From positions 1-58,475 of the forward strand of contig JAUCBJ010009015.1 of assembly GCA_032718475.1 (NCBI GenBank): DNA of 58,475 bases. The letters are read 5' to 3'. Shown piece by piece: positions 21,135-33,893 of this stretch (positions are counted from its first letter, which is position 1; each line of letters begins with the position of its first letter). This DNA comes from Nemertoderma westbladi (lineage: Eukaryota > Animalia > Xenacoelomorpha). The notes under the pieces are model-generated. The model had not been told where the DNA came from and made no database searches. It was given only the letters and a program-made list of their open reading frames with translations. A program made the position numbers and the translations under genes.

Positions 21135-24026
21135 ATGGCCATAGATACATATATCACTCTAGTTTCAGATAGCTCATTAAACACATACCCCAATAATAGC
21201 CCTAGCGAGTTTACTGTTGATTTAGCCGAAGAATTATATATTGGTCCAAATGCTAAAATTGGGCTTGCCGAGATTCAATACCAAGCAACGTACAGCAATA
21301 TTACTCTGCAAACTCAAATCTCGCTGTCAATTGGGGTAGATGCAAAAGATGCAAAATTATACAGTTTATTTCCTGGTATGCATAGCTTTATTCAAGTCAT
21401 TATTGATGATATAAATAAACTGTTTAATTCTGAATTGAAATATAAAGATTTCGAATTCATTTTTAATACAAATAATTCTAGAAATAAATTTAAATTTCCT
21501 AAAAAGTTGAAAAAAATACAATTAAGTCTACGTGGTGATTTAATACAAATTCTAGGCTTAAAACAATTATTGGATCAGAATCATACAAGTATTCCGAATT
21601 GGGATATATACAGTACCACTACCGTAGATGAATTATGCAATATAGAACAACCGATATTAATTTTAAATTATAGTGGACCAAAAATTTCAGAAATTGGTAT
21701 TTTACATTTTCCGGATCCAACAAATATTACTCGTAATAAAGATACGATCTTTATATATACAGATATTGGCTCATTCCAAAGTTAAGTACGGGACATTCGT
21801 ACACAATTTTGAACTTTGATTGCCTGTACAATGTTATACACAGCACATATGTGCACAAAATTGTGCTTGGATTAAACTTTCGAATATCAGCTTTGATTTT
21901 GCGAAGCTTATGGCGGGAATTAGTCACTTTTGAGAAAACGCCAGCTTGTCCAATTAAGGTAAAGTACGGATTCGTACGAAATAGTTTTTTTAATTTATAA
22001 TTTCAATTCTAAAATTTAGCGAATTGTGCGCAGGTACGGTGTTGAGTTAATGTTTAGGATAAAGCTGTATTATTAAGCTTAAATAAAAATATAAATATAA
22101 GACGAATTGCTGCATTGCTAATTTTTTACAGTGTGGTTTGTGTGGTAAAGTATGGGACATTGCTAAGTAAAGTACGGGACCTGTACGAATTTTATGGTCA
22201 AAGTGGTCTCTTACACTTAAATTAACAGTAATTTCTGGATAATTAGTGATAATAAAGTGCAACTAAGTATTTCCAACCAAGATATGGATGCAAAATGTGG
22301 GGCGACCCACAAATTGACCCGAAGTCTTAGCATATGGGTGCCGTTGAGGAGTTGTCTGTCATCTGTCTAATTTTTGATCGCTAATACTGTATAACTCGGT
22401 CATTTATAGATGAAATTAAACCAAACTTGGTACGTATGAAGTCTGTCAAAAGTTTGGAAATAATCTGAAGTTTAAGGAATCAAAGGTCACATATCAGACA
22501 GTCTGTCTGTTGGTACCGAAATAAGTTTCAAAATTTTGATAAAAACCGAAATAAGTCCGCCAATCATTGATGAAATATAACCAAACTTGTTACACATGTA
22601 GTCTGTGAAAAGTTTAGAATTTCTTTCCATTTTTCTGAAAATGTATCAATTACTGTACTTACCGATCTTCTTATCTGCTAAAAAACTAAATTTTTTGAAA
22701 TTTGTTGTAAAGTACGGGTCTTTACATGCATAAACTCAAAGATTAGTTAATTGAGGAATGATTCTTAGTTCAAATACAAACTTCTATGCTTCCCCCTACT
22801 ATCACCCTAAAGCATTATAACACTCCTGCCCTCCAGGTTTCATATATTACATTAATACAGTGCACTAAAATGTAATCGCCATTATAATGGTAAAGTATGG
22901 GACAATTTTCAATTGGCCGTTATCATGTTTCTGAGGGAGTAGATTATGAAACTACAGGTAATTGTTTCTTAAGATGACGCAACACAAACGTGCTTTGCAT
23001 TCTACTGGGTGATTGGGCTGAGTTAGACTACTTCTCTGTGTATAAATTAAAAATTTCACTATTTTTTGGTAAAGTATGGGACTTTACATGCATAAACCCA
23101 AGGATTTCTTGACTGAGGAATGATTCTCAGTTCAAATATAGACTCCTATTCTTACGGCCGACTATGACCTTAGAGTATTATAACACTCATGGCTTCACAT
23201 ATTACATTAATACAGTGCACTAATATAATCGCCATTTTGATGGTAAAGTATGGGACAATTTTCAATTGGCCGCCATGATATTTCTGAGGGAGTGAAGATG
23301 AAACTAATTGTTTTATACGATGACGCAACACAAGCGTGCTTTACATTCCACTGGGTGATTAGGCTGAGTTACATTTCTGTGAATAAACTAAAAATTTCAC
23401 TATTTTAGGTAAAGTATGGGACATCACAATATTAACTTTATCGATTTCATTACAGAGGAACGAAACACTGGTGAAATTAAATAAAACCAAAAAAATTCGA
23501 AAATTGGTTTGTTTTTGATTTGGTACATGCTCAGAAATGTTAATTTATTGGTCATAGGAAGTGCCTACAGGAAACGAAACTTTTGCACACTTTTATTCAC
23601 ATTTTGTGCAGAGCAGGTGCATAATTTGTAATTCGACTATTTTTGATAAACCACCTGTGTTGATACAATTTTTAGCCCTGAATTCATGAAGTACAATAAA
23701 TTTTGACCTAAAATAAGTATAAATTCAAAGCTACATCTCATTTTTAGAAATTAGTGGGGAGGTTGACCTTTTCATGGAATGAGCCTATTATTGAAAGCTC
23801 TTTTGTTGGTGACGCTTTAGCTCCGCTCTTAAGAACCTGTCCTTTAACTCAATTAAATAGGAAATATATTAATCACGAATACGAGAGCATTTGCTATTAC
23901 TCATTGTTGAATAAAAAACTAAAAATAATCTTAATTACTTTACGTGATGGTCAAGGTAAATTAATTAATTTCAACAGTGGTTGCACTGTTATAACACTTA
24001 AGTTAATACGCGGTGGTGATGGATGA
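21135..24026 (+). pseudogene. Polinton minor capsid (penton) gene split by a transposon (21135-21767 + 23790-24026)
   Basis: N-terminus YITLVSDSS..YPNNSPSEFTVDL...IGLAEIQY. Removing the insert and one TATT restores IYTDIIESSFVGDALAPLLRT...LRDGQGKLINFNSG. Confidence 0.85.
21768..23785. mobile_element. Non-autonomous DNA transposon, TIR GGCTCATTCCA, 4-bp TSD TATT
   Basis: GGCTCATTCCA at 21768-21778 and TGGAATGAGCC at 23775-23785; TATT at 21764-21767 and 23786-23789; internal repeats of TAAAGTAYGGGAC. Confidence 0.9.
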
Positions 24027-24312
24027 ATTCTATGTTAGGCTACCAAGTAACTCCTGTCCAATTGATTTTCCCCGTAATACTAATAGTAATTATCAGATCA
24101 ATTTTCATGGCGCCTTACCTATAAATCCAAACAAAAACTGGGTGGTTGGTATAAAAAGTACATTTTACTTAGCCACGTTACCGTCCATGTATAACAATGT
24201 AGAGAATGTTATTTTATTAAAAAAAGGGAAAAAAAATTTTGAGGATACACTTCCATCCGGTTTGTTCTACAGTATTAATGACATTATAGATTATACAGGT
24301 TTAATATATTGA
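24019..24312 (+). pseudogene. Second penton-like gene (N-terminal part only)
   Basis: MDEFYVRLPSNSCPIDFPRNTNSNYQI...NWVVGI matches the penton N-terminal pattern FY..LPSNS....FP.NT.S. Confidence 0.7.
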
Positions 24313-24385
24313 CCCTTACGGTCAACAAATTGGTGCATTTGGTCCAAACTTAAAACAACATCGATTTCAACATTATCGGAGAGGT

Positions 24386-24739
24386 ATGCAGACAAATCAA
24401 CACGGGGAAGGAATATTTACAGATGCTTTATCTACATTGAAGAAATTTGGAAAGCCATTAGCAAAAAAAGTTTTACAAAAAGCTTTACCATTTACCACAA
24501 AATTTATGAGACAACACGTAATACCAAAAGATAAGCGGGTCTTACATCAGCAGGCTAATACGGTTATAAATAAAGCATTACATAAAATGAAACCATCAAC
24601 AAGATTGGTTGTAGAAAAAGTTTAAAGAGATTTAAAGCGACCGACTAAACCAATGTCTATGAACATACATCATCGCCGTAGTAAAAATAGAAAAATAAAA
24701 AAAGGCAAACTCAAACAATGCAAAAAAAGTATTTTTTAA
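24386..24739 (+). pseudogene. Small basic Polinton ORF upstream of the major capsid gene (core-protein-like), frameshifted near 24620
   Basis: QHGEGIFTDALSTLKKFGKPLAKK followed by a K/R-rich tail. A Q.G.G motif ORF typically occupies this position in Polintons. Confidence 0.6.
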
Positions 24740-24753
24740 TAATATAAATTATT

Positions 24754-26000
24754 AGGGAATTAGATTTATTTTCTACACAGCCAATACAAACTGAATTTAA
24801 AGCAAATCATTATGAAACAATTTACCCGGTATCTAATCTCAGATGCGAGTCTCGGGAAGTAACATTTCTTGTACTGCGATCCAATGAATTCTATACGAAA
24901 CTGCAAGATGCATTATTAATTACAAAATGTACTGTACAGTGGGATAGATGGCTTGAAAACTCACACATTTATATGTTGAATTACCCCTCTGGAACTATGT
25001 GGAGTGATATTAAAATAGACCTCAATGAGAAGCAGGTTGAAAATGCAATAACCATTATTTCTACAAGTCGTACTTATCCAATTTACTTTTTACTACATAT
25101 GAAACCAAAAATGGGCTACTGGGGGCAGGCGGCTTTCAACAGCCTTTATCCGAACACAGAAATGAAATTAATCCTGGTGCGCATCCCATTGCCGATGCCT
25201 TTAGTAAACAAATGCAATTTGTAAGTGGATTGATGATTGATTTTGATACTGAAAGTAAAATAATACAACCCGGGTATGATTTAAGAAGGCATTTTAGAAA
25301 AGTATCAAATTCGTTTATTTTTAAAATCACTCCAAACACAAACGCTGTGACAAATCTTCGGTTAGAATTAGATGAAGTAAAGATCCTAATCCTGAGAATG
25401 GAGGTTAATCCGGTAATAGAAAGCAGCCATCTAAAAGGTTTAGAGAGCTATGATATTGAATATCAATTTAAAAAAAAAGAGGTTACTACATTTACTATTC
25501 CTGCGCAAACCACAAATTACACCCAAACAAACATATTTGATGGTAAAAAACCCAAATTAGTTATTATCGGTTTTATATCAAATAATTCATATTCGGGTGA
25601 ATTAACTAGTAATCCGTTGAAATTTGAACACTTTAACCTTAGACGCACGGAACTGATTGTAGACGGTCTTCCAGTAGGTGGTGTAATATACGAGCCTAAT
25701 TTTACAGATGGAACATACATTTTTGAGTATACTCAATTAATGAAGAACATTAATACATATATTAATGGTTATGGAGGTAATAATATAGACCATGAAACCT
25801 ACTTAAGTAATTGTCCCCTCATATCCTGGGACCTAACTGCCGACGGCTATGTTAGGGATCCATAACCATCGATATATACTAACGGACAATTACAATTAAG
25901 ATTTGCCAATCCATTGGTTGAGACCATAAATGTAATCATTTTTAATATTTATGATCAATCATTAAGCTTAAATAGCAGGAAAGAAATACATATCGATTAA
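24754..26000 (+). pseudogene. Polinton double-jelly-roll major capsid protein, frameshifted
   Basis: ELDLFSTQPIQT..YETIYP; NIFDGKKPKLVIIGF...YSGELTSNPLKFEHFNL; WDLTAD. Pieces lie in several frames. Confidence 0.85.
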
Positions 26001-26002
26001 GT

Positions 26003-26464
26003 ATGTTATCTACAGAGGACCTTGATATGTTTCCAGTGGGTGGTCACTATTTGGGGGCATTTCCATCTAATAAATTACCTAAATTAGATAATAATAATAA
26101 TAATAAGCGAAGAGACTATGGGTTAATAGTAAATACCGATAAAGCGCATCTACATGGTGTTCATTGGGTGGCTATATATATACGAGATAATGAAGCTGAA
26201 TTATTTAATTCGTTTGGTCCAAAATATCCAAACAGATTTATCGAAAAATGGCTTGAGAAAAATTCAACAAGGTGGTGTACTACTCGCAGGCAATTTCAAG
26301 ACCCTAGAAGGACCACATGCGGGTTATACTGTCTTTATTACTTGGTAAATCGAATTCACACAAACCATCCAATGAGAGCGTTTACAAATAATGTGGAAAT
26401 AAATGAAATAATATTATATAAATGGCTTGTTAATTATTATAAAATAAACCAACAAGCGCTGTAA
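26003..26464 (+). CDS. Adenain-like cysteine (maturation) protease
   Basis: IVNTD...GVHWVAIY...FNSFG...QFQ..TTCGLYC. His and Cys are present; the usual FDS Asp is Asn. Confidence 0.85.
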   Translation: MLSTEDLDMFPVGGHYLGAFPSNKLPKLDNNNNNKRRDYGLIVNTDKAHLHGVHWVAIYIRDNEAELFNSFGPKYPNRFIEKWLEKNSTRWCTTRRQFQDPRRTTCGLYCLYYLVNRIHTNHPMRAFTNNVEINEIILYKWLVNYYKINQQAL

Positions 26465-26508
26465 TTAATCATTTAACTTTTGTTTATCTAAATATATTAT
26501 CAGATAAA

Positions 26509-26803
26509 ATGGATAATATTATTTTTGTCGATTTTCAATATTATACGATAGACAATAAGAAACATCCGATAGTATTTAAAGAATTTGCTATATTCGATTC
26601 TAATTACACCAAAACTAATGTAAAGACGTTTTTAATTAAAGGACCTCCTGATATTAACTTATCGGCATTAGATAAATCCCACGTAAACAATTTACGGGAC
26701 ATGACTTCACATTTACCCTGGGATTACGGTGACATTTCGCAAGATGACTTTAAAAAGTACATGAAGAGACATTTAAAATATAAAAAAAATATATATGTAT
26801 TCG
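26509..26803 (+). pseudogene. Conserved Polinton small ORF (possibly exonuclease-like), truncated by element D
   Basis: IIFVDFQYY...VFKEFAI...HLPWDYGDI resembles a VD.Q.F...KE.A...W..G pattern I recall from Polintons. Confidence 0.55.
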
Positions 26804-27384
26804 TGTGACGGGATCAGGGGATCCCAACCGGTTTATTGCGTTACGCATCACAGTATTGTTTGTTGAGAAAATAATAGTTTGTTGTTGTTATCACCTTTGA
26901 TGTTGATATAGACTAACTGATATAATATATGTGATAGCACAGTTGACAGATGTAGTGAAAGTCGGATAATGAATGTTATACCGGTATTGACGGTGACGGT
27001 ACGAAAATGTTACCGATCTGCTCTAGAGAATGACTGAGATAACTGAACTGACCGGTATTATGCAATATAATATATATTGGTTATTCCTACGCTACTTTGG
27101 CCTCTCTATCTAGTGGATGCTTTTCTCGTCCCTATTGGCTAATATTCTAATTCTCGGCTCCCACCTCTGTGGGAGTGCTTCCCCCCCCACTGCTGTTACT
27201 TCCCCTCTCGAGGTAGTTTGACCTCTAACCTCTTTTGTGTGTGGCCTTCGGGGCTGTATGTTGTCCCTGTTATTGGGTGTGATACGAGATTAATTGTGAT
27301 AAACCTCGTATCCCCAATATTGCTGAAAAAGGCGCCACTTCCCAACTTTATGGGGATAGTGAGGCGGAATTGAATCCGCTCACA
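26804..27384 (-). repeat. 581-bp LTR of element D
   Basis: Inverted termini TGTGA...TCACA, adjacent PPT, and an abrupt junction with the Polinton ORF. Confidence 0.75.
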
Positions 27385-28059
27385 CTCCCCCCCATGCTAT
27401 ATTCCCGGTGAGAAGATAGCATCACCTTCGAGTGCGCTTCAATTCCGCTGGAACCTGATCTATTATCGGGTGTGGGATGGAGTTCTCTTACTTGGAGTCG
27501 GTTTTCCAGAACGCTCCCTCTGGGTATGATATCACTACCCTCTCTTGGTGCAACTTCGACCTGTGTTGCACCAAGACATCTGGGGTCTCGGTTCGAGACA
27601 GTTGTGGATTTCTCTCACACAATTTTATCTCCACTCCACTCTAACTCCTCTCTACTTCTCTCTACTTCCACTCTAACTTTCGGACCTCCTTGTCCCTCAC
27701 TCTGCCTCTTACTCCCCCCCCCCCCATTGTAATTGCACCTGCATTCTCTCCACGCGCCTCAACACCACCTCTCGCTATCTCCCCTGCGTTCTATACTCGA
27801 TTCCTACCCACTTTAGCCCATCTACTCCTGACGAGCCTCACCCTCCCCTTCCGTGCCGTCGCACTTAAGAAGTGTCAAGTGTGTAGTGCTGCGTCTAGTC
27901 TCCCGTCCTCCTGTCATAGTCGATTGACCTCCAGTCCCACTAGCTAGTTGGAAAAAGGTTACATGACTATAGTACTTACTTTTGATTATATTGGTTATAT
28001 GATTATATTCTATTCTAATGATTACTACATACGTACATACTAATTGCACTTTTAATTAA

Positions 28060-30150
28060 ATTTGCACTTAGGAGTTCGTATTACTTCGCATGTGGGCCTT
28101 CCAGGCATCCCCACATCTCCCCCTTCAAGTCCTAGTTCGCCCCTCCTGTCTTTGGGAACCATCTCAGTTCCTTTCCCCTGTCGTCGTCCTGTCTCGGTCG
28201 CTTCCTGATCGTCGCCGCTCCCTTGTTCTTGTCCTCCTTAAGGTTCCTCATTCTTGCCGTCACTTCCTTACTGATTCCCGTCATCGACTCCTTGGGCGCT
28301 GGTGTTATTAGCTCCCGGTATCGCTTCGCGGGTGGCCTTGCTGCTTCCCCCTAGTGGCGTCCCATAAGATCACCTTCATGGCCTGCGGCACATGCTCCGC
28401 CAGGAAGTTTCTGAACTCTCTCCGGTTCTGTGTCGTCCTCCTATCTAAATACCTCTGTGTATTCATCACTCCCACATACGATCCCGCCGTTTATACTTCT
28501 TGATAAGTAAACGGAAGCCTCCGTTTGATGATCTCCAGGTGGGCCTCCTGGTTAATATTAAAGAAACGCCACCGGAATTCCTTGGCCTTCATCTGCTGCC
28601 GCGTCATAACGCCGACATCGGCCCACTCCTCAAAGATCTTAAACTTCTCCTCGTCGTCCATCCAGTCGCACTGGCGTCCGTAGTGCCCCTGGAAGTTGCA
28701 CTTAGAACATTGGTTATGCAACAGTGGACACGCCCCCATCCTATGACTCGACTCGCGGCAGTAGAGGCAACTAGTCCCCTTCTGGAATCGGTACAAGCAG
28801 CTCCTTTCCTGGTGAGTAAGCCTCCCGCAGTAGTCGCAGCCGAGTACAAACGCGTCCCGCCCCAAGTCGTCCTTCGCCCCAAGCAATCTCCTCGGTCTAT
28901 GGAGTCGCTGGTAAGCAAACTTCTGGACATTAATGTCCCTGTCCATGTCTATCTCCTCGTCTCGCCTGGGCATCATCTCTCCGAATACTAGCCGTGGTGC
29001 CGTTCCCGGTTGCTCGCCCAACCTGATGGTGATCCCCGCAAAATCCATCGCTGGTTCCTCATGCACCCTGGCCCGGTTGCCGGGTCAATCCCAGAAGGCC
29101 CTCGCCCCGCTTGCCGGGTCTATCCCAGAAGGCCCTCGCCCCACTGGCCGTCACCACTCTCCCGCCAACCCAGTGGCCGATTCTCCCGATGGGCGGCATC
29201 TCTCCGAACTCGTCGTCATCCTCGTCCTCCTCTGGGAGTGGCTCCAAACCTGGTATCCCGGTGGATCCACTGTGTCCCTTCCCACCTTGGCTTTCGCCCG
29301 TAACTCTCCATCCTTCCAGCTCCCCTGGCCTTCTCTTCGCAAAATCGCCCTCGGTGCCTGCTGGTATGGGCATCCTGATGTCGACTGTTTTGGTGATCCT
29401 TCCGTCCACCCCAATTCTCGCCCTAGAGACTCGCCCGAACTCCCTGATGTCCAGTGTAAATCGTCCAAGGCCGCCTGGGCCTCGAACCTGTAGCCCTCTC
29501 CTCTAGCTTCCGCCTCCCTCCTTTCTCATCTAGCAATTTATTCCAATCGCTTCGCCTCTTGTCTATCCGCCTCTAGCTGCTCCCACCTCTGATACGGTGT
29601 ATCCACCTCCCTGTCTACTAGATATCGGTAGTTGTAGTATACCAACTCGCCCTTCAGCCCCGGGTGGTCTACCAGACCCTCGAAAGCCACTTTGAAGGCT
29701 CTTCTGTAGTTCAGGGGTGATACTGATAGCAGAAATGCCGTTGGCTCTTTTTCGATAACCACGGCCATGAATAGGTTTAATAAACCTATCATTATCCAAT
29801 CCTCCTGCAGGATATATTGCTTCTGATATATCTTTATTGCTCCTCTCCGGAATTGATACACCTCTTGTTTCCCCGGCCTCGCTCCCCACTTCAGTGAGTT
29901 TGCCAACTCCGCTCCATACTCCTCCCTGAATTTACCCCAGTCCATTGGTTTGTGGCATATGAGCCCCATTAGCTGGCCCATCGCCACCGCTCCACAATGG
30001 CCCGTGTTCTCTACTAGTCCCAACCCGGCTGGCCCTGTCATAGTTAAAAAATTATACTTAAATTTTGTAATTTCCAATATAGATTGCCCATGTACATATT
30101 GTAAAGTACCGTATACTGATACTCCTTTCAGCCTTTATGCTTTTCTTTTA
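28060..30150 (-). pseudogene. ORF3 homolog (exonuclease C-half, triple CCHC knuckle, basic tail), frameshifted
   Basis: CHKP..EEYG...QKQYILQEDWIMIGLL; CDYCGRLTHQERSC, CLYCRESSHRMGAC, CSKCNFQGHYGRQC; FEEWAD; REFRNFLAEHVP (B has QYRNEFLLTHVP). Confidence 0.8.
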
Positions 30151-30597
30151 TAAAACTATACTTAACCCTTTGCTGCTCAGTGTTGTTCCGGAACAACATT
30201 CCTATTATTGGCTCTCCTAATCTCAGAATGGTAATATGTGAAATCTGACATCAACATGTTTCTTGTACCTGGGGATCAGTTTCCTTTGCTTTCCAGAGGG
30301 AAATTTGAACATTGGCTTACATATTGTGAGCCTATGCTTCAATAAGCGGTAATTGAAAAAACATGTGCATTCATATTGTTAAAAAGGACAATTCCCTTTC
30401 ATTTTTCCGTTCCAAAAAATTGAGTAGATAGGAAAATATGTCTAAGATGATTTTCGAATGCTCCAATAGATTGTTAATAGATTTTAACCAAGTGAGTAGT
30501 GTTTTAAAGATTGTTGTCCCACAACAACATTGCCCATTTAAGAAAGCTATAATTACACTGTTATTAGTTTTTATTTCACAATTTCACAGGCACTTTC

Positions 30598-31365
30598 ACA
30601 AGAATGCTGCGCAGAGTTCACTCTGTCAAGTACAATGAACACATCTCCAACCAAACTCTATACAGCATTGGAGGTGTTCCATTAATCTTCACTAGCTTGA
30701 CACTTGAACGGAACCGCCTCCACTTTGCAGGACATTGCTTTCGCCGCAATGACCAGCCAGTGCATAACCTTGTGCTTTGGCGCTCTCATGGAGCGAATAA
30801 GCATGGTGGATATGGATAGCCCTAGCCCATGACTTTCTTGAGACGCATCCTAAAGGACACTGGCCTTAAAGATGCAGATGATCTAGCAAATGTCATGGGT
30901 GATAGGGTGTTGTTGCGGCGGAATTTTAACGACAAGCCGGCACAGCATTATTAATATATATGTAATACATATATAATGCAGCTGCAATGCAGCATGCCGA
31001 TCGTAGTAGTAGTAATTCCCCTCTGTCAAGTACAATGCACACATCTCCAACCAGACGCAGACACTATATAAAATTGGAGGTGGCTCTCATTGGTTTCCCC
31101 AATCTTGACACTAGAACAAAGCCACCTCCGCTTTACAGGACATTGCTTTCGCAGTGAGGACCAGCCAGTGCATATAACCTTGTGCTTTGGAGGCCTCATG
31201 GAGTGAATATGCATAGTGGACAGCGACTTTCTTGAGACGCATCTTGAAGGACACTGGCTTTGAAGATGCAGATGATCTACTGTAGCAAAAATGTCATGGG
31301 TGATTAGGAGTTGTGGCGACAAAATTTTGTCGACAAGCCGACCCATCATTCTTAATATATATGTA
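30598..31365 (+). mobile_element. Two tandem 3' fragments of an RTE-like LINE
   Basis: RMLRRV...RLHFAGHCFRR.DQPVHNLVLW...DTGL; (TAG)n tail at ~31002-31013; second copy starts ~31020. Confidence 0.7.
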
Positions 31366-32083
31366 ATAAATGTAAAAATATATAATTTAAAAATATTGCC
31401 GGAGTTAATTTTTTAATATAGTATTATATTTCATGCATATTCTAATCTGGACAATTATTTACACTATAAGTACTGTCAGACTGTAGTACAGCTTCAATAT
31501 CAAGCATAATACAGTAATACTGCAGTATTTACTTACAGTCAATGACTGACTCTGACTGTCTGAGTCAAAATTAGTCCAAATGCCAACAGCAGTACTCCAG
31601 CACTTCAGGTCTGTATGACAATGTGAACTTTAAAATGTTTCAGTTTAGTACAGTAGAAGGTAATACGGTACCGTACTGCCGTAGCCTAACAATGTAATAA
31701 TGCAGCACCTGTACAGCAGTAATAGGCCTGTCAACACATACTGACATACACCAAAAATGTAATGGTGTGTATCTTACTCCGTACTGCAGTACTGGTACTG
31801 GCTGACTAGCAGACTGTTACAGGTTTTTTTTTTTTTACTTTACCGGTACAAGCCTCATTTATTCACAAAATAATAAAAACCTTCAGAAATACAAACACAA
31901 TTATAGGCACTATAACAAACAATTAAAAACAGTAATTACAGAAACGCGGGAAACTACTATTACAGGTAGGCCCTACTGTAAAAAATTGTAAATGCTATGA
32001 TTGTACTGTATATACATACATGTAGGCCTACACCTGTACACTGTCAGTTGGGGAAAGATGCTTATTTAGGCAGTCTAGGTTAG

Positions 32084-32349
32084 CCAATCTACTACTGTTA
32101 GGAAACCTTCTTCTACAATATAAATACATTTTATTGTTACTAATCAGCATTACGGTTGGTTCCAATCTACTACTGTTAGGAAACCTTCTTCTACAATATA
32201 AATGCATTTAACTAATCAGCATTACGGTTGGTTCCAATCTACTACTGTTAGGAAACCTTCTTCTACAATATAAATACATTTTATTGTTACTAATCAGCAT
32301 TACGGTTGGTTCCAATCTACTACTGTTAGGAAACCTTCTTCTACAATAT
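32084..32349. repeat. 72-78 bp minisatellite, ~3.5 copies
   Basis: ccaatctactactgttaggaaaccttcttctacaatat... is repeated. Confidence 0.9.
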
Positions 32350-32690
32350 TATCTTCTATAAAACTGCCTATATAGGCAGTTTTCGTCGTTTTTTGCGATA
32401 AATTTGATGATTTAAACCACTTAAACGCAAATTGGCATATGAAGAATTTTACGTAATTGAGATACACTTGTCACTCAACTATTGAGAAAAAATTAGAAAA
32501 ATCCATCTAAGCTTCTTTGATCTATTATCAATATAAGATTTAAAGTTCTAGTATAATTACCAGTGGCTAAAAATCACATGGCCGCTGGGCCTAAATAGGA
32601 AAATTTTCAATGATGCCAGGTTCCTAAATAAGAAGTTCGATGTATCCTGGTATCTATAAGATATTCGCGGTTCCTAAATAAGAAGCTTAC

Positions 32691-33893
32691 TGTAAAAGCT
32701 TTTGTGGGATATAACTGGCCCTTTTGCTCCGCAATCCAGTTTCCCCCAATGCGCTCAAATACTCTAAAACTGCCTGGCTCGAGTGGCACAACATGCCCGC
32801 TGGTTGGCTGATTTGCTGTACGTGTATGGCCTCTTTGTTCTGTTTGATCAACCAATCAGAGCGATGGTCAACCAATCAGAGCGATTTCGCCTTGTGTTGG
32901 CTACAGGCTGCAAAGGCTAGGGAGGTTTGGCATTTCGACATTCGTGGAACCTATGGAATCTGGAGCTCTGCCAATGAGAGCTATTCCTCTTTGTGTTGAA
33001 AGCTACCTGCAACAGCCCACAGGGATCAGTGTGTTGGTTTTCCATGCCAGAACATCGGCTGTGGAATGATGCTGTGTTTCAGACTTTAGCCAAACATTAG
33101 AACGGCTTTGATCACCGGAACGTATAACTGTTATCATATCAACTCATATCATACCATATCTACTCATATCAACTCAAACAAATCGCACCAGTACCAGTAC
33201 ACACCGCATTATTTTACTGCTATTTACTGTCGGTTATTAATTGTATCAGTTGATGGAATATTATATTTGGATAATATCGATAAAGAATCATAAAACCCCA
33301 TCTTCTTGATATACTGAAGGTAAGAGACCGGTTACATATAGCAATTGCGACTCACATTATATTGGTTTTGGAGTGAATCTAATGCTATTTCATAGGCACT
33401 ACATGGGTCAATTGCTGTTCTCTTTATATGTGACTAAAATTAGTGAAGGTCGGCAGATTGGTGTGCAGCATCGTGCAATAGTGTGCATGAGTGAGTGTGA
33501 TCGATAACTAAGCATCTCCTAAAGAATGCGCCTTATACGTGAATCACAAGCCATATCGTTGTGTTTAGTGTAAGTCATAACTCTGTTTACATATTTAGAG
33601 CGCCACGTCCTAAAGGAACTGTTAATATTTCCCGAAAGTGAATAATATTTGTCAGAGATTATATATTAACGATCAATCGAATAATATAGTAGGCTTACAC
33701 AGCAATAAGGTCAGAGCTTCCGAATCCAGTCTCCCGGGTATATCCAGCGGGTGAATGGTCGCGCATAGGCCGGCTTTGGCTAATGTAGTGTTTATTTGTA
33801 TTAAATACTTGTCATAGGCTAAAGTCGATTTATAACCTAGAAGACATATAAATTTGGCAGGTTAAACTGCTAAAGGTCTAAAAAGCGCGAACA
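32691..33893 (+). repeat. 5' LTR of element C
   Basis: TGTAAAAG...GCGAACA; direct repeat of 43978-45176. Confidence 0.95.

Larger units (their letters stand above)
20541..26803 (+). mobile_element. Degraded Polinton/Maverick (adintovirus-like) structural module
   Basis: AT-rich, co-oriented run of integrase tail, two penton-like genes, small basic ORF, major capsid protein, cysteine protease and a conserved small ORF. Confidence 0.88.
26804..30160 (-). mobile_element. Element D: 5'-truncated LTR element remnant (ORF3 homolog + PPT + 3' LTR)
   Basis: On the minus strand, PPT GGGGGGGAG (27385-27393) is followed by TGTGAGCG...CGTCACA. No gag or pol remains. Confidence 0.75.

Noticed and set aside
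32084-32349. CRISPR-like array (also 52597-53010)
   Set aside because: Whole units repeat with no unique spacers, there are no cas genes, and the context is eukaryotic.
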